NCBI GenBank assembly: GCA_000934665.2
Contig: JYFJ02001407.1
Coordinates: 1 to 64,000 of the forward strand
Reading direction: 5' to 3'
From: Catajapyx aquilonaris
Taxonomy: Eukaryota
Length of the DNA: 64,000 bases
In this document: positions 63,701-64,000 of the stretch, one piece after another
How the letters are laid out: every line of letters starts with the position of its first letter
How positions within the stretch are numbered: position 1 is the first letter of the stretch
Made by a program: the position numbers and the translations under genes
Notes under the pieces: generated by a model
What the model was told of the DNA's origin: nothing
The model's input: the letters and a program-made list of their open reading frames with translations, nothing else
Databases searched by the model: none

Positions 63701-64000
63701 TCGCTGCATATGTTAAAAGCAGTCTATTCTGGGTCATGATCGGGGGTGGGGTATCCCTTGGGTCTAGGGCTAATGACTTGTCATCTGGCGGTGCAAGTGC
63801 AACATTGCACCATGGTATATCCGGCCTTGCCCCCCTCCCCCTCCCTACAAGGCGTCTAACGAGTTTTTTTACTGGTCGATTGAATATCAGAATTGTTTAC
63901 CTGAAGCTCATTGCACACTATTACCTATAGAATCATAGGCAACATTGCCCACGGAAATTAACATACTGTAGCTCACAATGCTGGTGGAAATATTGCTCAT

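Noticed and set aside
62720..63930. ORFs at the window end (127 aa, 151 aa)
   Set aside because: No recognisable homology or splice chain; probably the 5' intron or regulatory region of the LRR gene.

Overview
AT-rich, intron-containing eukaryotic DNA; the proteins look arthropod-like but the species cannot be named from sequence. Three multi-exon protein-coding genes lie in tandem on the minus strand and can be spliced by hand into intact frames: (i) a ~1068-aa secreted/membrane-anchored leucine-rich-repeat protein (chaoptin/ALS/convoluted-like, 6 coding exons, 59430-38944, one GC-AG intron), (ii) a ~380-aa zona pellucida (ZP)/cuticlin-type protein (8 coding exons, 36377-12728) and (iii) a ~289-aa trypsin-like serine protease (7 coding exons, 4561-1915). 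An intact intronless tRNA-Arg(UCU) gene sits in sense orientation 58 nt after the trypsin stop codon. Introns and spacers are packed with non-autonomous DNA transposons (Tc1/pogo-, PIF/Harbinger-, piggyBac- and hAT-type MITEs, many of them long fold-back palindromes), tRNA-derived SINEs, a mariner-type transposase relic and a decayed Helitron RepHel inside a multi-level nested insertion stack. Most short ORFs in the supplied track are spurious. I see no prokaryotic-type system (no CRISPR, operon or phage) and cannot claim a new biological system. The best leads are the tRNA in the trypsin 3' region, the Helitron relic with non-canonical ends, the SINE with a swapped head and the hairpin-containing GC-AG intron. 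All coordinates were read by eye; family assignments come from recalled motifs, not database searches.
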